Assembly (NCBI GenBank): GCA_016699955.1
Contig: CP064993.1
Span: 180,001-212,000, forward strand
Source: Candidatus Saccharimonadota bacterium
GTDB lineage: Bacteria > Patescibacteriota > Saccharimonadia > Saccharimonadales > UBA4665
Length of the DNA stretch: 32,000 nt
Direction: 5' to 3'
Each line of letters opens with the position of its first letter. The first letter of the stretch is position 1. The position numbers were made by a program, and so were the translations under genes. Below the pieces are notes generated by a model. That model saw only the letters and a list, made by a program, of their open reading frames with translations. It had not been told where the DNA came from and made no database searches. Positions 7,855 to 17,076 of the stretch are shown here, one piece after another.

Positions 7855-7882
7855 AGGATTATCGTCAGATAGTCCTTTTTTC
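7855..7882 (+). terminator. rho-independent terminator after tRNA-Phe
   Basis: AGGATTATC-gtca-GATAGTCCT (one mismatch) followed by TTTTTT. Confidence 0.6.
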
Positions 7883-7931
7883 TTGACTGGAAACTACTTG
7901 GCGACAGCTAGACTATGCGTTAAGAGTTAGT

Positions 7932-8636
7932 TTAGCTTATGGCGGTGCCGAAAGCGCGGCCAATGGCGTAAGTTACGGCCATTGCTATCAAACCGCCCAC
8001 GAGCACACGTCGGACGGCTGCAGCCTTGTTGGCACCACCGAACTTCGCACTGTAGTAGCCGGTAACAAATAGCCCGAAGACTACGGCCACAAGTGTAGTA
8101 AGTATGCGCGTATCATCAGGTGACAACACTGCTGTCAAAAGTGGGACAAGTGCTCCGAGCCCAAACGAAAAAAACGACGCTACACCAGCGGTCATTGGAT
8201 TTGTCAGGTCTGCTTCATCGAGTTTGAGTTCCGTTTCTAGGTGCGCCTTCAGCGGGTCGCCTTTAGTTAGCTCTTCTGCAAACTGCAGAGCTGTTTTGCG
8301 CGAAACGCCTTTGTTTTCATAAAATGTGGCCAGGTCAGATAATTGACCTTCAGGATCTTTACTAAGCAGCTCTTTCTCACGAGCAATGAAAGCTCGCTCT
8401 GTGTCGCGCTGCGTACTAACCGAAACATACTCGCCGAGCGCCATGCTGATTGCACCAGCAATCAGACCCGCCAGACCAGCCGTAAATATTGCACCCTTGT
8501 TGTTTGTGGCGCCAGCCACGCCAAAAATCAGTCCGGCCGTACTGACCACGCCGTCGTTTGCACCAAGCACGGCGGCACGCAGGCCATTAAGCTTGTCGTT
8601 CTGGGAAAGAGTTAGTTTTTTCTTGAGTTCGTCCAT
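7932..8636 (-). CDS. VIT1/CCC1-family (vacuolar iron transporter-like) membrane protein
   Basis: 234 aa. LRAAVLGANDGVVSTAGLIFGVAGA and a central soluble helical segment followed by TM helices, as in VIT-family proteins. Confidence 0.8.
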   Translation of the reverse strand: MDELKKKLTLSQNDKLNGLRAAVLGANDGVVSTAGLIFGVAGATNNKGAIFTAGLAGLIAGAISMALGEYVSVSTQRDTERAFIAREKELLSKDPEGQLSDLATFYENKGVSRKTALQFAEELTKGDPLKAHLETELKLDEADLTNPMTAGVASFFSFGLGALVPLLTAVLSPDDTRILTTLVAVVFGLFVTGYYSAKFGGANKAAAVRRVLVGGLIAMAVTYAIGRAFGTAIS

Positions 8637-8678
8637 ATATTTTGTCTAAAAAATGAAACTTTATATTTAATAATAAAC

Positions 8679-8755
8679 TGGTGGGTCCTACAGGGCTCGA
8701 ACCTGTGACCTCAGCAATGTGAATGCTGCGCTCTAGCCAACTGAGCTAAGAACCC
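8679..8755 (-). tRNA. tRNA-Val (anticodon CAC), CCA encoded
   Basis: The reverse complement folds as GGGTTCT/AGGACCC acceptor, GCTC-AGTTGGCTA-GAGC, CAGCA-TTCACAT-TGCTG, ACAGG-TTCGAGC-CCTGT, then ACCA. Confidence 0.9.
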
Positions 8756-8907
8756 TCCGCCGCTTGGCCATGACTTCCGCTGAGCCGGAACCTGCCTTGA
8801 CTATCCCGCTTAGTTCCTGTCTTAGCCAGCTACTTTTCCCGAAATCTTCAACTTTCGACTTCGCTCCTTGGTTTGAGATTTCGGCAGACTTTCGGTCTGT
8901 GCAAATC

Positions 8908-9111
8908 TCAGTATACTCTAGTCTGGTGATGATGTGAGAGGTGCCACAAGTGGCAGTAGTGGCATCGATATGCCTGCGGGCGCGAACCATACCAGTATTG
9001 ACTGGTCGTGGCCGTAGCCTCCGCTTGTTTTTTTGTGTCGAAAGCGATCTTCTCCTCGCATGCCATTTTTACTTCATATGGCTCTTGCATATCTGTTGGA
9101 CTTAACCCCAT
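8908..9111 (-). CDS. small hypothetical protein with a Cys/His-rich C-terminus
   Basis: 67-aa ORF whose start abuts the GH13 stop codon. The C-terminus reads YRCHYCHLWHLSHHH (a CxxC plus His cluster). No family assigned. Confidence 0.4.
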   Translation of the reverse strand: MGLSPTDMQEPYEVKMACEEKIAFDTKKQAEATATTSQYWYGSRPQAYRCHYCHLWHLSHHHQTRVY

Positions 9112-10772
9112 TTATGTTTCGTTCTTCCCAAGTGGATGTTTGGCGCACTCGATGAGGGCAGCGTCGTGCGGCGAGAGATGAACTACGCCGTTTTCGTCAA
9201 TGCGCGGCGGTCTCTGCGGGCGCACGCTCACGAGTACGCGGCCACCATGCGGCAGAGTAAACGTTGCCTCGCGCCGTGAATAATTTGCCACCACAAAAAC
9301 ATGCTCGTCTCCACTACGGCGACCAAAAGCAAATACCTGTTCGTCGGCTTCACCGCTCACCGACTCGTAGTCGCCGTGACGGAGTATGTCGTACCGACTG
9401 CGCAAATCCAATAAACGCCGGTAGAGCGCCAGGCATGAATCATCGTCATTTAGCTCAACAACAACGTTGCACTCCCCCGCCCCAGCCGCAACCGGAAGCC
9501 ACGGTGTGGCAGTCGTAAAGCCGGCCGCACTCGTAGCGTCCCACTGCATGGGTGTACGTTCGGGGTCGCGCCCTTCGTTGAGTTCGGGCTTACGCAGCTG
9601 CACAGGGTCATGCACGGCACTCGGCGGAATTACCCCATCCGTCATGCCAAGTTCGTCACCGTAGTAGATAACCGGCAGACCAGGCAGACAAAGCTGAGTA
9701 AGGGCTACCACGCGCGCCTGCGCTACGCCGGTGCGTGAAGCCAGTCGATGTTGATCATGATTGCCAAAACAATAAACTGGAGTGTGTTCGTCTTGGTTCA
9801 AAAAATCCCTGAAACTCGGTGATAAAATTGCGATATGCTTCGGCTGTAAACGGTAGTCCGATGCCCTCAAAGTTAAACGGCATGCTCACGCGAGGATTGA
9901 TGCCGTAAAAGCCGAGATATTGGTCGCGTGTGGTGTAGGCTTCGTCAGGGTAATCCTCAAAAATCATGATGCGGTTTTCATATTCCTCTACAACGTGGGT
10001 CAGCTCTCGCAAATACTCAAACAAGTGTGGCCCAAACCGGCTATGAACGTGTATAAGCCCCCAGTATGGGTCGTCTGGCGGACGGTCGGTATATTTTAGG
10101 TTGCGCGGATCGTCGCGGAGACTTTCGTCTTTAGAGATCCAACGCACGGCGTCTGCCCGCATACCGTCAACACCCATGTCAAACCAAAACCTCAAAATTT
10201 GCGCCATTTCATTGCGAACGTGCGGGTTGTCCCAGTTGAGGTCAGGCTGTTCTTTGAGGAATGTATGTAGGTAGTATTGTCCCGTTGTCTCGTCCCATTC
10301 CCAAGCCGATCCACCGAATATACTTAGCCAGTTGTTCGGCGGTGAACCGTCAGGCTTGGCATCGCGCCAGACGTAATAATCGCGCTTATCGTTAGTCTTA
10401 GACGATTTTGAAAGAAGAAACCAAGGGGTGTTCGCTCGATGTGTGGTTTGGCACAAAATCTATCATGACTTTTATGCCTTGTTCGTGGGCTTGTGCTAGT
10501 AGCTCCTTAAAATCCTCCAGTGTTCCAAACAGTGGGTCTATATCGCAGTAGTCGCTAACATCGTAGCCAAAATCTGCCATGGGGCTTGGAAAAAACGGCG
10601 AGAACCACACGGCATCAATCCCCAATGGCTCTTCCCCACCCTTGAGATAACCAAGGCGCTGAATGATCCCCTGCAAATCACCCACACCGTCCCCGTTTCC
10701 ATCCTGAAAGCTCCGCGGATATATCTGGTAAATAGCATTCACGTCTTTCCACGTTTTTGTTTGTGTTGTCAT
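9112..10772 (-). pseudogene. GH13 alpha-glucosidase (oligo-1,6-glucosidase / trehalose-6-P hydrolase type) interrupted by two +1 frameshifts
   Basis: Three consecutive ORFs (10398-10811, 9755-10456 and 9112-9870) together give a collinear GH13 protein: [19 protein letters not shown]...[12 protein letters not shown] | WF..SKSS...DYYVWRD...QPDLNWDNPHVRNEM...GVDGMRADAV | ...FGNHDQHRL. Frame changes occur at G4 (10425-10428) and A6 (9800-9805). The likely start is MTTQTK at 10772. Confidence 0.8.
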
Positions 10773-10828
10773 GCCATCATTATACCGACACGCTACAGAA
10801 AACAATACCACTTTCTAGAAAGCCGAGT

Positions 10829-11362
10829 TTATTGACGGGTTAGAAAGACGCTCGAGGCAATAAGGTTGTTGCTACTGTCGCGCGCACCGACAGCCATGAT
10901 AGTGTCATTCACTACAGCGGGTTTGTCGTCGCCTTTGTAGACAGTGTTGTCGTTCATAATTACCTTTGTGCTTGTACCGTTGCCAGAAACGGTGGCGGTG
11001 TTGCCGTCCACCGCAGTCACGACACCCATGACGCGCGTGCTTGTCGCTGAGTTGACATCACCCCTCATACCACCACGAGGACCGGCACCACCGGCTCTTG
11101 CACCACCCTGCATACCACCACGCATATCGTCACCATAACCACCGCGTGTCATAATCCTATCGCCCATCCTATCAAACTGGCCACGGTCATCGCCGACGTT
11201 CTTGCCGAGCATAAAAGCCGCGCACAGTAGGCTAAAAAACACGAGTGCCATCAGGATTAGACCGAGCGCTGAGGAGCTAGGCGTCTGCCAAGGTTTTTTA
11301 CTTGGTTGGGTGTTTTTTACTTCGGTGGCCTTTACTTCATTTTGCGTTTCTTGAGCCATCAT
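10829..11362 (-). CDS. membrane-anchored hypothetical protein with a Gly/Arg/Met-rich low-complexity linker
   Basis: AAGGAG lies just upstream of the ATGATG at 11362/11359. One TM segment (LGLILMALVFFSLLCAAFML), then GGYGDDMRGGMQGGARAGGAGPRGGMRGD, then a beta-rich C-terminal domain. Confidence 0.7.
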   Translation of the reverse strand: MMAQETQNEVKATEVKNTQPSKKPWQTPSSSALGLILMALVFFSLLCAAFMLGKNVGDDRGQFDRMGDRIMTRGGYGDDMRGGMQGGARAGGAGPRGGMRGDVNSATSTRVMGVVTAVDGNTATVSGNGTSTKVIMNDNTVYKGDDKPAVVNDTIMAVGARDSSNNLIASSVFLTRQ

Positions 11363-11462
11363 CTTCTCCTTAGTTTTAGCTACTACACTCATATATACCA
11401 TTTGATGCTGAAGATATGCTGAGTGCAGTCAGCTAACTACCCATAGGAAAGATAACTTGAGG

Positions 11463-12755
11463 CTATGGACGCTTGTCAATAAACTCTTGGCAGAAGCGTT
11501 CGAAAACAGCGTTCGTCCAGCCAAAGCCGGTCTGGCTGGGGTAAACACCTTTTTGAGGTGGTTTGTCTGGATTAACGACATTATATTTTTCAAGAAATAC
11601 ACCATGCTCGTTGAACCAGTCTAGATTAGTTCGGAGCCATTTCATGGCGATGCGCTCTGCATCTTCATGGTAACCATATTGCATAAGCCCCTCGACGACA
11701 ATTAGGTGCAACGGCGCCCAACCGTTTGGAAACGCCCACTGTACGGGCACGCTGCCCGGTACGAATTGACCAAGTGGCAGCGCGTCGGTGGTCGCTAGCC
11801 CACCTTTGTTTTCAAAACGACGCAGTGATTTGACGAGTACGGCAGCCCGCTTTTCACTTACCATTCCTGCCCACATAGGATAGTAGGCAGCGAGGCTACT
11901 AGTGTTACTACGTTTTTGTTTTTTGTAATCGTAGTCGTAGTACAACCCCCGCATTTGATCCCACATAAGTTCGTTCATTGCTTTTTTACGTTTTTCGGCA
12001 GCGTCAAGCCATGCTACCGATTCCTTTTCGTCGCCAAGTATCCGGGCGGCACGAGCAAAGTCAGTCTCGTATTTGTATAGCAGCGCATTTAAGTCAACCG
12101 GCAGGTAGTTGAGCGCCTTGCGGCCAAAGCGCGGCGTCATATCCCAGCCACTTTCCGCCTCGGCAAGATCATGGAGATAATTGATATCGTAGTACCGGCT
12201 CAAACCTTTGTGTACCAGCCGCTCATTGGGCTTTTTTGTACCACGCCAGACAACATTATATTCTTGCTGGGCGATGGCGATGGCTCGCTTTAACCATGCA
12301 GTGTCTAGTTCATAACGGCCGTAAACGTCAAAAATAAAACTTGTCAGAAATGGTGGCTGAGAACGTCCGGTCAAATAAGTACGGGATGCATTTGGTATAG
12401 CGCCAAACCGCTCAAACAGGTAAAGCAAATCTTCCAAAATGCCTGTCGTCAAGCTTCGGTGCGGCTCATCGAGCATTCCCTGCACCATAAAGTAACTGTC
12501 CCAGTAGTACATTTCGTTGTAGTCGAAGCTGGCAGTCTCGTCAAAACTAGGGACGAGGTATGGGTTTGGCATGCCCAGCAAACTTTCATCGTCTACTGGG
12601 TGAAACCGTTCGAGTTTTACCCAATATTCAGCAATGTACTCACGTGCCTTTTGCACGTCGGCGCTAGTGAGGGGTTCTGGTTTTGCGGGCAGCAAACGAC
12701 GCGCCGCTTGTTCGGCTGCAATAAGCGCTTTGTCAAACAAATCGTTGCCTTGCAT
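11463..12755 (-). CDS. trehalase (GH37), cytoplasmic type
   Basis: 430 aa with trehalase hallmarks: YYWDSYF, SQPPFL, ESGWDMTPRF and QWAFPNGWAPLH. No signal peptide. Confidence 0.85.
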   Translation of the reverse strand: MQGNDLFDKALIAAEQAARRLLPAKPEPLTSADVQKAREYIAEYWVKLERFHPVDDESLLGMPNPYLVPSFDETASFDYNEMYYWDSYFMVQGMLDEPHRSLTTGILEDLLYLFERFGAIPNASRTYLTGRSQPPFLTSFIFDVYGRYELDTAWLKRAIAIAQQEYNVVWRGTKKPNERLVHKGLSRYYDINYLHDLAEAESGWDMTPRFGRKALNYLPVDLNALLYKYETDFARAARILGDEKESVAWLDAAEKRKKAMNELMWDQMRGLYYDYDYKKQKRSNTSSLAAYYPMWAGMVSEKRAAVLVKSLRRFENKGGLATTDALPLGQFVPGSVPVQWAFPNGWAPLHLIVVEGLMQYGYHEDAERIAMKWLRTNLDWFNEHGVFLEKYNVVNPDKPPQKGVYPSQTGFGWTNAVFERFCQEFIDKRP

Positions 12756-12796
12756 ATGCTTATCGTATGTTAGTCAACGACAAGCGTCAATCAGCA

Positions 12797-13363
12797 TTAG
12801 AGACCGTCTTTCAGGCGGCGAGTATGACCGGGGTTATCACGGGCGTAGAGCACCTGATGCAAAATACCCATGACAGCTTTTGCTTGGTCGTAGCTCATGC
12901 CAATGCGGGATACGGTGAGCGGAGGATTATTTGGCCCTGCGGTCTGGGAAAAATTTACAATGACGCCTTGTTTGTTTGAAACTACTTCAACGCTGTCGCT
13001 GTACATTACCCGTGGGTCAAGCATGATCATCATCGCAGCAGTACGCTTCATGTCACCCTGATCACTAGCTGTATGCTCGTGGTCATCTTGTCCATGGTCG
13101 TGATCATGGTCGTACCTTGCATCGTAACCGGCCAGCTCCCAAAGCTCGTCGGCATGATCCTCGCCTATACCAAAATGGCTGATGAGGAGCAGGAGAATGT
13201 CTTCACTTGGGCGATCTTTGCCTCGCTCAATATTTTGCAGTTGATTTTCTTCAATTTCTACAGCGCCCGACACTTCGGCTAAGCTCTCGCGGCGTTGTTC
13301 GCGTAGCTTTCGGAGTCTTGCGCCGAGCGGTCTGTATGGAGTTGAAGTATCTTTATCTGCCAT
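12797..13363 (-). CDS. XRE-family HTH protein with a His/Asp-rich linker and an uncharacterised C-terminal domain
   Basis: The N-terminal LGARLRKLREQRRESLAEVSGAVEIEENQLQNIERGKDRPS is an XRE-type HTH. The linker reads YDHDHDHGQDDHEHT. Confidence 0.75.
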   Translation of the reverse strand: MADKDTSTPYRPLGARLRKLREQRRESLAEVSGAVEIEENQLQNIERGKDRPSEDILLLLISHFGIGEDHADELWELAGYDARYDHDHDHGQDDHEHTASDQGDMKRTAAMMIMLDPRVMYSDSVEVVSNKQGVIVNFSQTAGPNNPPLTVSRIGMSYDQAKAVMGILHQVLYARDNPGHTRRLKDGL

Positions 13364-13458
13364 AGACTACCATTGTACCCCTGTTAACGTGTCATTGCAA
13401 CCCCAACATGTACCTCTTTGGCTACCAAAATACCAGACTACGAGCTATTATACTTGGT

Positions 13459-14490
13459 ATGCTGCGCATAGATGAACACGTATCCCTCGCACAGTATTCC
13501 ACCATGCGTCTTGGCGGCGAAGCGGCGTATCTTGCTGAAGTTCATAGTCGTGACGATCTAAAAGAGGCGTCTGCCTGGGCATCAGAGCGACAGCTCCCCC
13601 TACTCATGATTGGTGGCGGTAGTAACATTGTTTGGCGCGACGAAGGTTTTCCGGGACTTATTTTGGTCAACCGTATGCTAGGCTACGAAACTTACGTGTT
13701 ACTTGATAGCCATTTCGTAACAGTCGGTGCTGGTGAAATATGGGACACGGTTGTCGGCCGTACCGTGGCCGCGGGGCTGACAGGCATAGAAGCACTCAGT
13801 CTTATACCTGGTACCGCAGGAGCTACACCGGTACAAAATGTGGGAGCATACGGCCAAGAAATTGCCCAGACACTTACTAGTGTGGAGGTTTTTGATAGAA
13901 CAACTGGCCAGTTCACTACAGTACCTACCGAAGCGTGTGGCTTTTCCTACCGCCACAGCAAGTTTCAAACCGAATACCGCGACCGCTTTTTTATAACCGC
14001 AATTACCTTGCACCTCATAGCGGGAAACCCATTCCCTCCCTTCTACAGTGCGGTCGAGAAATACTTAGGCGAGCATCCTGTTGATGGTGACGTGACCCCA
14101 CGCGTCATTAGAGATGCCGTCACTGCTATTCGCTCAAGCAAACTACCTGACCCAGCTAGGGTAGCAAACAACGGCTCCTTCTTTGGAAACCCAGTGGTGG
14201 ACAGTCGCAAATTTATGGAACTAGTTGCTGAGTATCCGACCATGCCAAACTGGTCAAATGAGGATGAAAAAATCAAAATTCCGGCGGCCTGGCTGATAGA
14301 GCAAGTGGGATATAAAGATGTACACGACAGCAAAACCGGCATGGCCACCTGGCCAACACAGCCGCTTGTACTCGTCAATGAACATGCCAAATCTACCGCC
14401 GACCTCCTGCGCTTCCGCGACGAAATTGTGTCAGCCGTGCAAACAAAATTCGGCATAACCCTCAACCAAGAACCCGAACTACTCCCATAA
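13459..14490 (+). CDS. murB: UDP-N-acetylenolpyruvoylglucosamine reductase
   Basis: LAQYSTMRLGGEA...LMIGGGSNIV...GAGE.WD..V...GL.G.E.LS.IPGTAGATPVQNVGAYG is the MurB FAD-binding core, with a C-terminal substrate domain. The ORF opens at 13408, but ATG 13459 (MLRIDEH) fits MurB N-termini and sits 7 nt after TATTAT. Confidence 0.85.
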   Translation: MLRIDEHVSLAQYSTMRLGGEAAYLAEVHSRDDLKEASAWASERQLPLLMIGGGSNIVWRDEGFPGLILVNRMLGYETYVLLDSHFVTVGAGEIWDTVVGRTVAAGLTGIEALSLIPGTAGATPVQNVGAYGQEIAQTLTSVEVFDRTTGQFTTVPTEACGFSYRHSKFQTEYRDRFFITAITLHLIAGNPFPPFYSAVEKYLGEHPVDGDVTPRVIRDAVTAIRSSKLPDPARVANNGSFFGNPVVDSRKFMELVAEYPTMPNWSNEDEKIKIPAAWLIEQVGYKDVHDSKTGMATWPTQPLVLVNEHAKSTADLLRFRDEIVSAVQTKFGITLNQEPELLP

Positions 14491-14685
14491 ATAACTTTTC
14501 TACAAAGCTCACCCTTTGGCTTGGACGACTCTGAAGACGGCGGGGAGGTGTTTTCGTCAGTCGAGCTTATGTGGGGCTGGGTTTGGATAAACATGCGTAC
14601 CCCTGTAGGTGAGCAACCAAGCAATACTAGCGGTTTTCCGCCGACAATATGGGCCTCATTATTTTGCTCTTGATCTGCTACGTTA

Positions 14686-15687
14686 TTACAGCTGCGTATC
14701 GGTCTCCTGCGGCAATACTACACCTAATTGATCGAGTGTTTTCGCCTCTTCAGGTATTACAATCTTAAGCGTGTCTGGATAAGTTATGTCGACAGTGGTT
14801 TTTTGCATAAGCGCTTTGGAGAGAACTCTCACGACTTTCTTAGAAGTTTTGTCTATCCAAACCGTCGCTTCCGTGGTAGGCATGTCTCCGGCGTTATAGG
14901 TGTGTTTAAGCCCTAGTTTTTCTTCTGCTTTACGATTGACCTTCGAAAGAGCATCCTTGTTTATCTTAATGTCGTATTTGAAAGCAGATATTTCTCCGAG
15001 ACGCTCAGTTTTAACTTTTTTCTTGTCAAAGGTAAACACCTTTGTTTCTCTGTACATAGTCAGCAACTCGCGCCGAAGCTCTGCCGGATAGTTACCGACA
15101 AGAAATTCACCCTGTGTCTGGTTTACGTTTCCAGCGAAACCATATGGATCGACGAGTGACGCCTCCGCTTCCGAGTTACATTTGAGCCACTTTCCAGCCA
15201 GTGTTTTATACATTGCTTGAATGCTTTCATCCCTTTCAGAGCTGTCTACATGCATAATCTTCCCATATTCGGCGCGTGTACCTGTTGTAATGCTTTCAAT
15301 TTCAGCAATTATTTTTCCGTCTACTTTATACGTGTCGTGCAGCACGGTTTTTGGCTCGGCAGGATTCGAGAAATCTGTCTTAGTATCTGACACTATAACT
15401 GCATAACCTACATCGGTTGTGTAGCGTTGTCCGATGTATTTCGTGGACATATGGTTTTCGAGCGTCTCGTAAAATACCGCTTCTGGGTCAACGACGAGCA
15501 TTTTGCTCGCAAATATACCTCCAGCAACAAGCAAAAATATCAATAGTAGGACAAGCATAATGTATTTTGTCTTCAAGCGCGTTGGTGGTTCTATGGCGGC
15601 CGGCATTGGGGTAGTCGCGGCTTCCATGGTGTATTCGGGCGTAGCCTTAATTTGGATTTCTTTCGAGGATTTAAATAATCTATTCAT
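14686..15687 (-). CDS. hypothetical membrane-anchored extracytoplasmic protein (cargo segment X)
   Basis: 333-aa ORF. About 40 aa of N-terminal tail, one TM segment (YIMLVLLLIFLLVAGGIFA), then a large soluble domain with no motif I recognise. Confidence 0.7.
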   Translation of the reverse strand: MNRLFKSSKEIQIKATPEYTMEAATTPMPAAIEPPTRLKTKYIMLVLLLIFLLVAGGIFASKMLVVDPEAVFYETLENHMSTKYIGQRYTTDVGYAVIVSDTKTDFSNPAEPKTVLHDTYKVDGKIIAEIESITTGTRAEYGKIMHVDSSERDESIQAMYKTLAGKWLKCNSEAEASLVDPYGFAGNVNQTQGEFLVGNYPAELRRELLTMYRETKVFTFDKKKVKTERLGEISAFKYDIKINKDALSKVNRKAEEKLGLKHTYNAGDMPTTEATVWIDKTSKKVVRVLSKALMQKTTVDITYPDTLKIVIPEEAKTLDQLGVVLPQETDTQL

Positions 15688-15881
15688 GGGCTTAGCCTAA
15701 CATGATACGCAACAATTTTGTATCTGTGCACGTGAGCGCGCTCGCGTATGCACTGTAAAAAAAGTATTATCATATACAGAACGATGAGTGTACTGGGCAG
15801 TTCGAAGTACGGCTGCCCGATTAGTATTTCGTTCGTGGAAGGATTATTCGATAAATGTCTGCCATGGAATCTGACATTCGT

Positions 15882-15915
15882 ATGACAGAAAAGTGTGCTG
15901 TTTTTGGCATATTTG
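15882..15915 (+). repeat. exact 34-nt copy of the purF start (partner 17974-18007)
   Basis: ATGACAGAAAAGTGTGCTGTTTTTGGCATATTTG is identical at both sites. The roughly 90 nt upstream is homologous but diverged. Confidence 0.95.
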
Positions 15916-15940
15916 CTGTTACCGGCCGGGCCCCTGTGGT

Positions 15941-15967
15941 CCTCAACCAAGAACCCGAACTACTCCC
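15941..15967 (+). repeat. exact 27-nt copy of the murB 3' end (partner 14460-14486)
   Basis: CCTCAACCAAGAACCCGAACTACTCCC is identical at both sites. It is joined to the purF-head copy by a 25-nt filler, CTGTTACCGGCCGGGCCCCTGTGGT. Confidence 0.95.
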
Positions 15968-16355
15968 GCCACGAGCTTAGTCTTGTCTTAGTCCTTAGTC
16001 GCAAAATGAGGTAAAGCTCTCCCCTGTTATTCTACAATCCCGGACAAATCTGCAGTAACTTAATCTGTTACAGGCCACGCCTGTAGTAGCTGTGGTATTT
16101 AGTGTGGTGATGTCAAGGCTCCAAGTAGTTTTTTATTGCGATTACCAGAATGGTCGGTCAAGATTTTAGTAAGATAGACTTTCCCACCTTAAGGTCTACC
16201 ACGGCCACATTTTTGAAAGATACTAGGGATAACAATGCTCAAAATCCAACTCCAGCGCCGTGATTACCGGACGTGGGTGAAACATTTTCCGTACCACATG
16301 ACAAGTAAGTAAAAAACAAGACAGAATACACAATACAAATGAGAGGGGTTGTGTT

Positions 16356-16862
16356 TTAAGCTGCTACCTTGGCAATATGTGAAGTAGGATGACCCATTGA
16401 ATTAAAAGCGTCTCCTATAACGAGACCGGCATTTGTGTAGTCTCCCTGCTGTATTTCGGCAAGTACTTTATCTCGCTCTTCTGGTGGAAGTGTATCCAAA
16501 TAAAGAACATTTACTGCATGAAGAAAACCATGAGTAATGCCTGCCACCTTAGGGTCAGGCTCGATAGCCGTAACTTTCACTGTAAAGTACGGATTACCCT
16601 TACTGTCTTCTCGTAGGCGGGTTGGATCGCAGTATACATCAACCTTGTCACTAAATTCTGGACTTTTGGCGACTTCAAACAATGCTCTTAGTCTCCTTTC
16701 GTCAACGCCAAATGGTTGAGTAGGTGTTCCTAGTTGGTATATTTTCCTTAGTCTGTCTTGATTCCAAAAAAAAATTTTGGTATCTTCGTCCACGACTAAA
16801 GGAGGAACTCCTTCCCTGTTTGGTCCAGCTTTTTGACGACTCTCTGGGCTACGTTTAAACAT
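16356..16862 (-). CDS. hypothetical protein (cargo segment Y)
   Basis: 168-aa ORF with no recognisable motif. It contains an A9 (coding-strand T9) tract at 16766-16774. Confidence 0.6.
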   Translation of the reverse strand: MFKRSPESRQKAGPNREGVPPLVVDEDTKIFFWNQDRLRKIYQLGTPTQPFGVDERRLRALFEVAKSPEFSDKVDVYCDPTRLREDSKGNPYFTVKVTAIEPDPKVAGITHGFLHAVNVLYLDTLPPEERDKVLAEIQQGDYTNAGLVIGDAFNSMGHPTSHIAKVAA

Positions 16863-16936
16863 ACATGACCTTTCATCTCCATAGTATTAGAAACATAATA
16901 TACTCTCAATCACTAGAATTGTCAAGGTGTTACTGG

Positions 16937-17076
16937 GTAACTGCTCACTGCCTCAAAAACAGAGGTGATAATTGGTCAACATCTTGCCTACGCTAAACTG
17001 CCTTATCTGTTAGCATTTATGCGATTTTACACTTGTGTAATTACTTAACAGATACCAGGAGGGTGTGAGCAGTTAC
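16937..17076. repeat. long-range inverted repeat forming a roughly 150-nt imperfect hairpin in the intergenic region
   Basis: GTAACTGCTCAC (16937-16948) pairs with GTGAGCAGTTAC (17065-17076) and extends by CCTC/GAGG after a 2-nt mismatch. An inner pair is TATCTGTTA (17004-17012) with TAACAGATA (17046-17054). Confidence 0.7.

Noticed and set aside
8800-8830. GCTTAGTTCCTGTCTTAG downstream of tRNA-Val resembles GCTTAGTCTTGTCTTAG at 15974-15990.
   Set aside because: The similarity is short and gapped, with no extended flanking alignment. It is not distinguishable from chance.
15684-15950. An 88-aa minus-strand ORF spanning the purF-head'/filler junction.
   Set aside because: It runs antisense through the duplicated purF leader and start. 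The translation is low-complexity and no start context supports it.
16224-16234. TAGGGATAACA matches part of the 23S rRNA / I-SceI homing-endonuclease site.
   Set aside because: An 11-nt match with no surrounding rRNA or intron sequence is expected by chance.
16937-17076. The inverted repeat considered as an integron attC site or as retron msr/msd flanking repeats.
   Set aside because: The arms do not fit the attC cores (RYYYAAC/GTTRRRY). The window contains no integron integrase and no reverse transcriptase.
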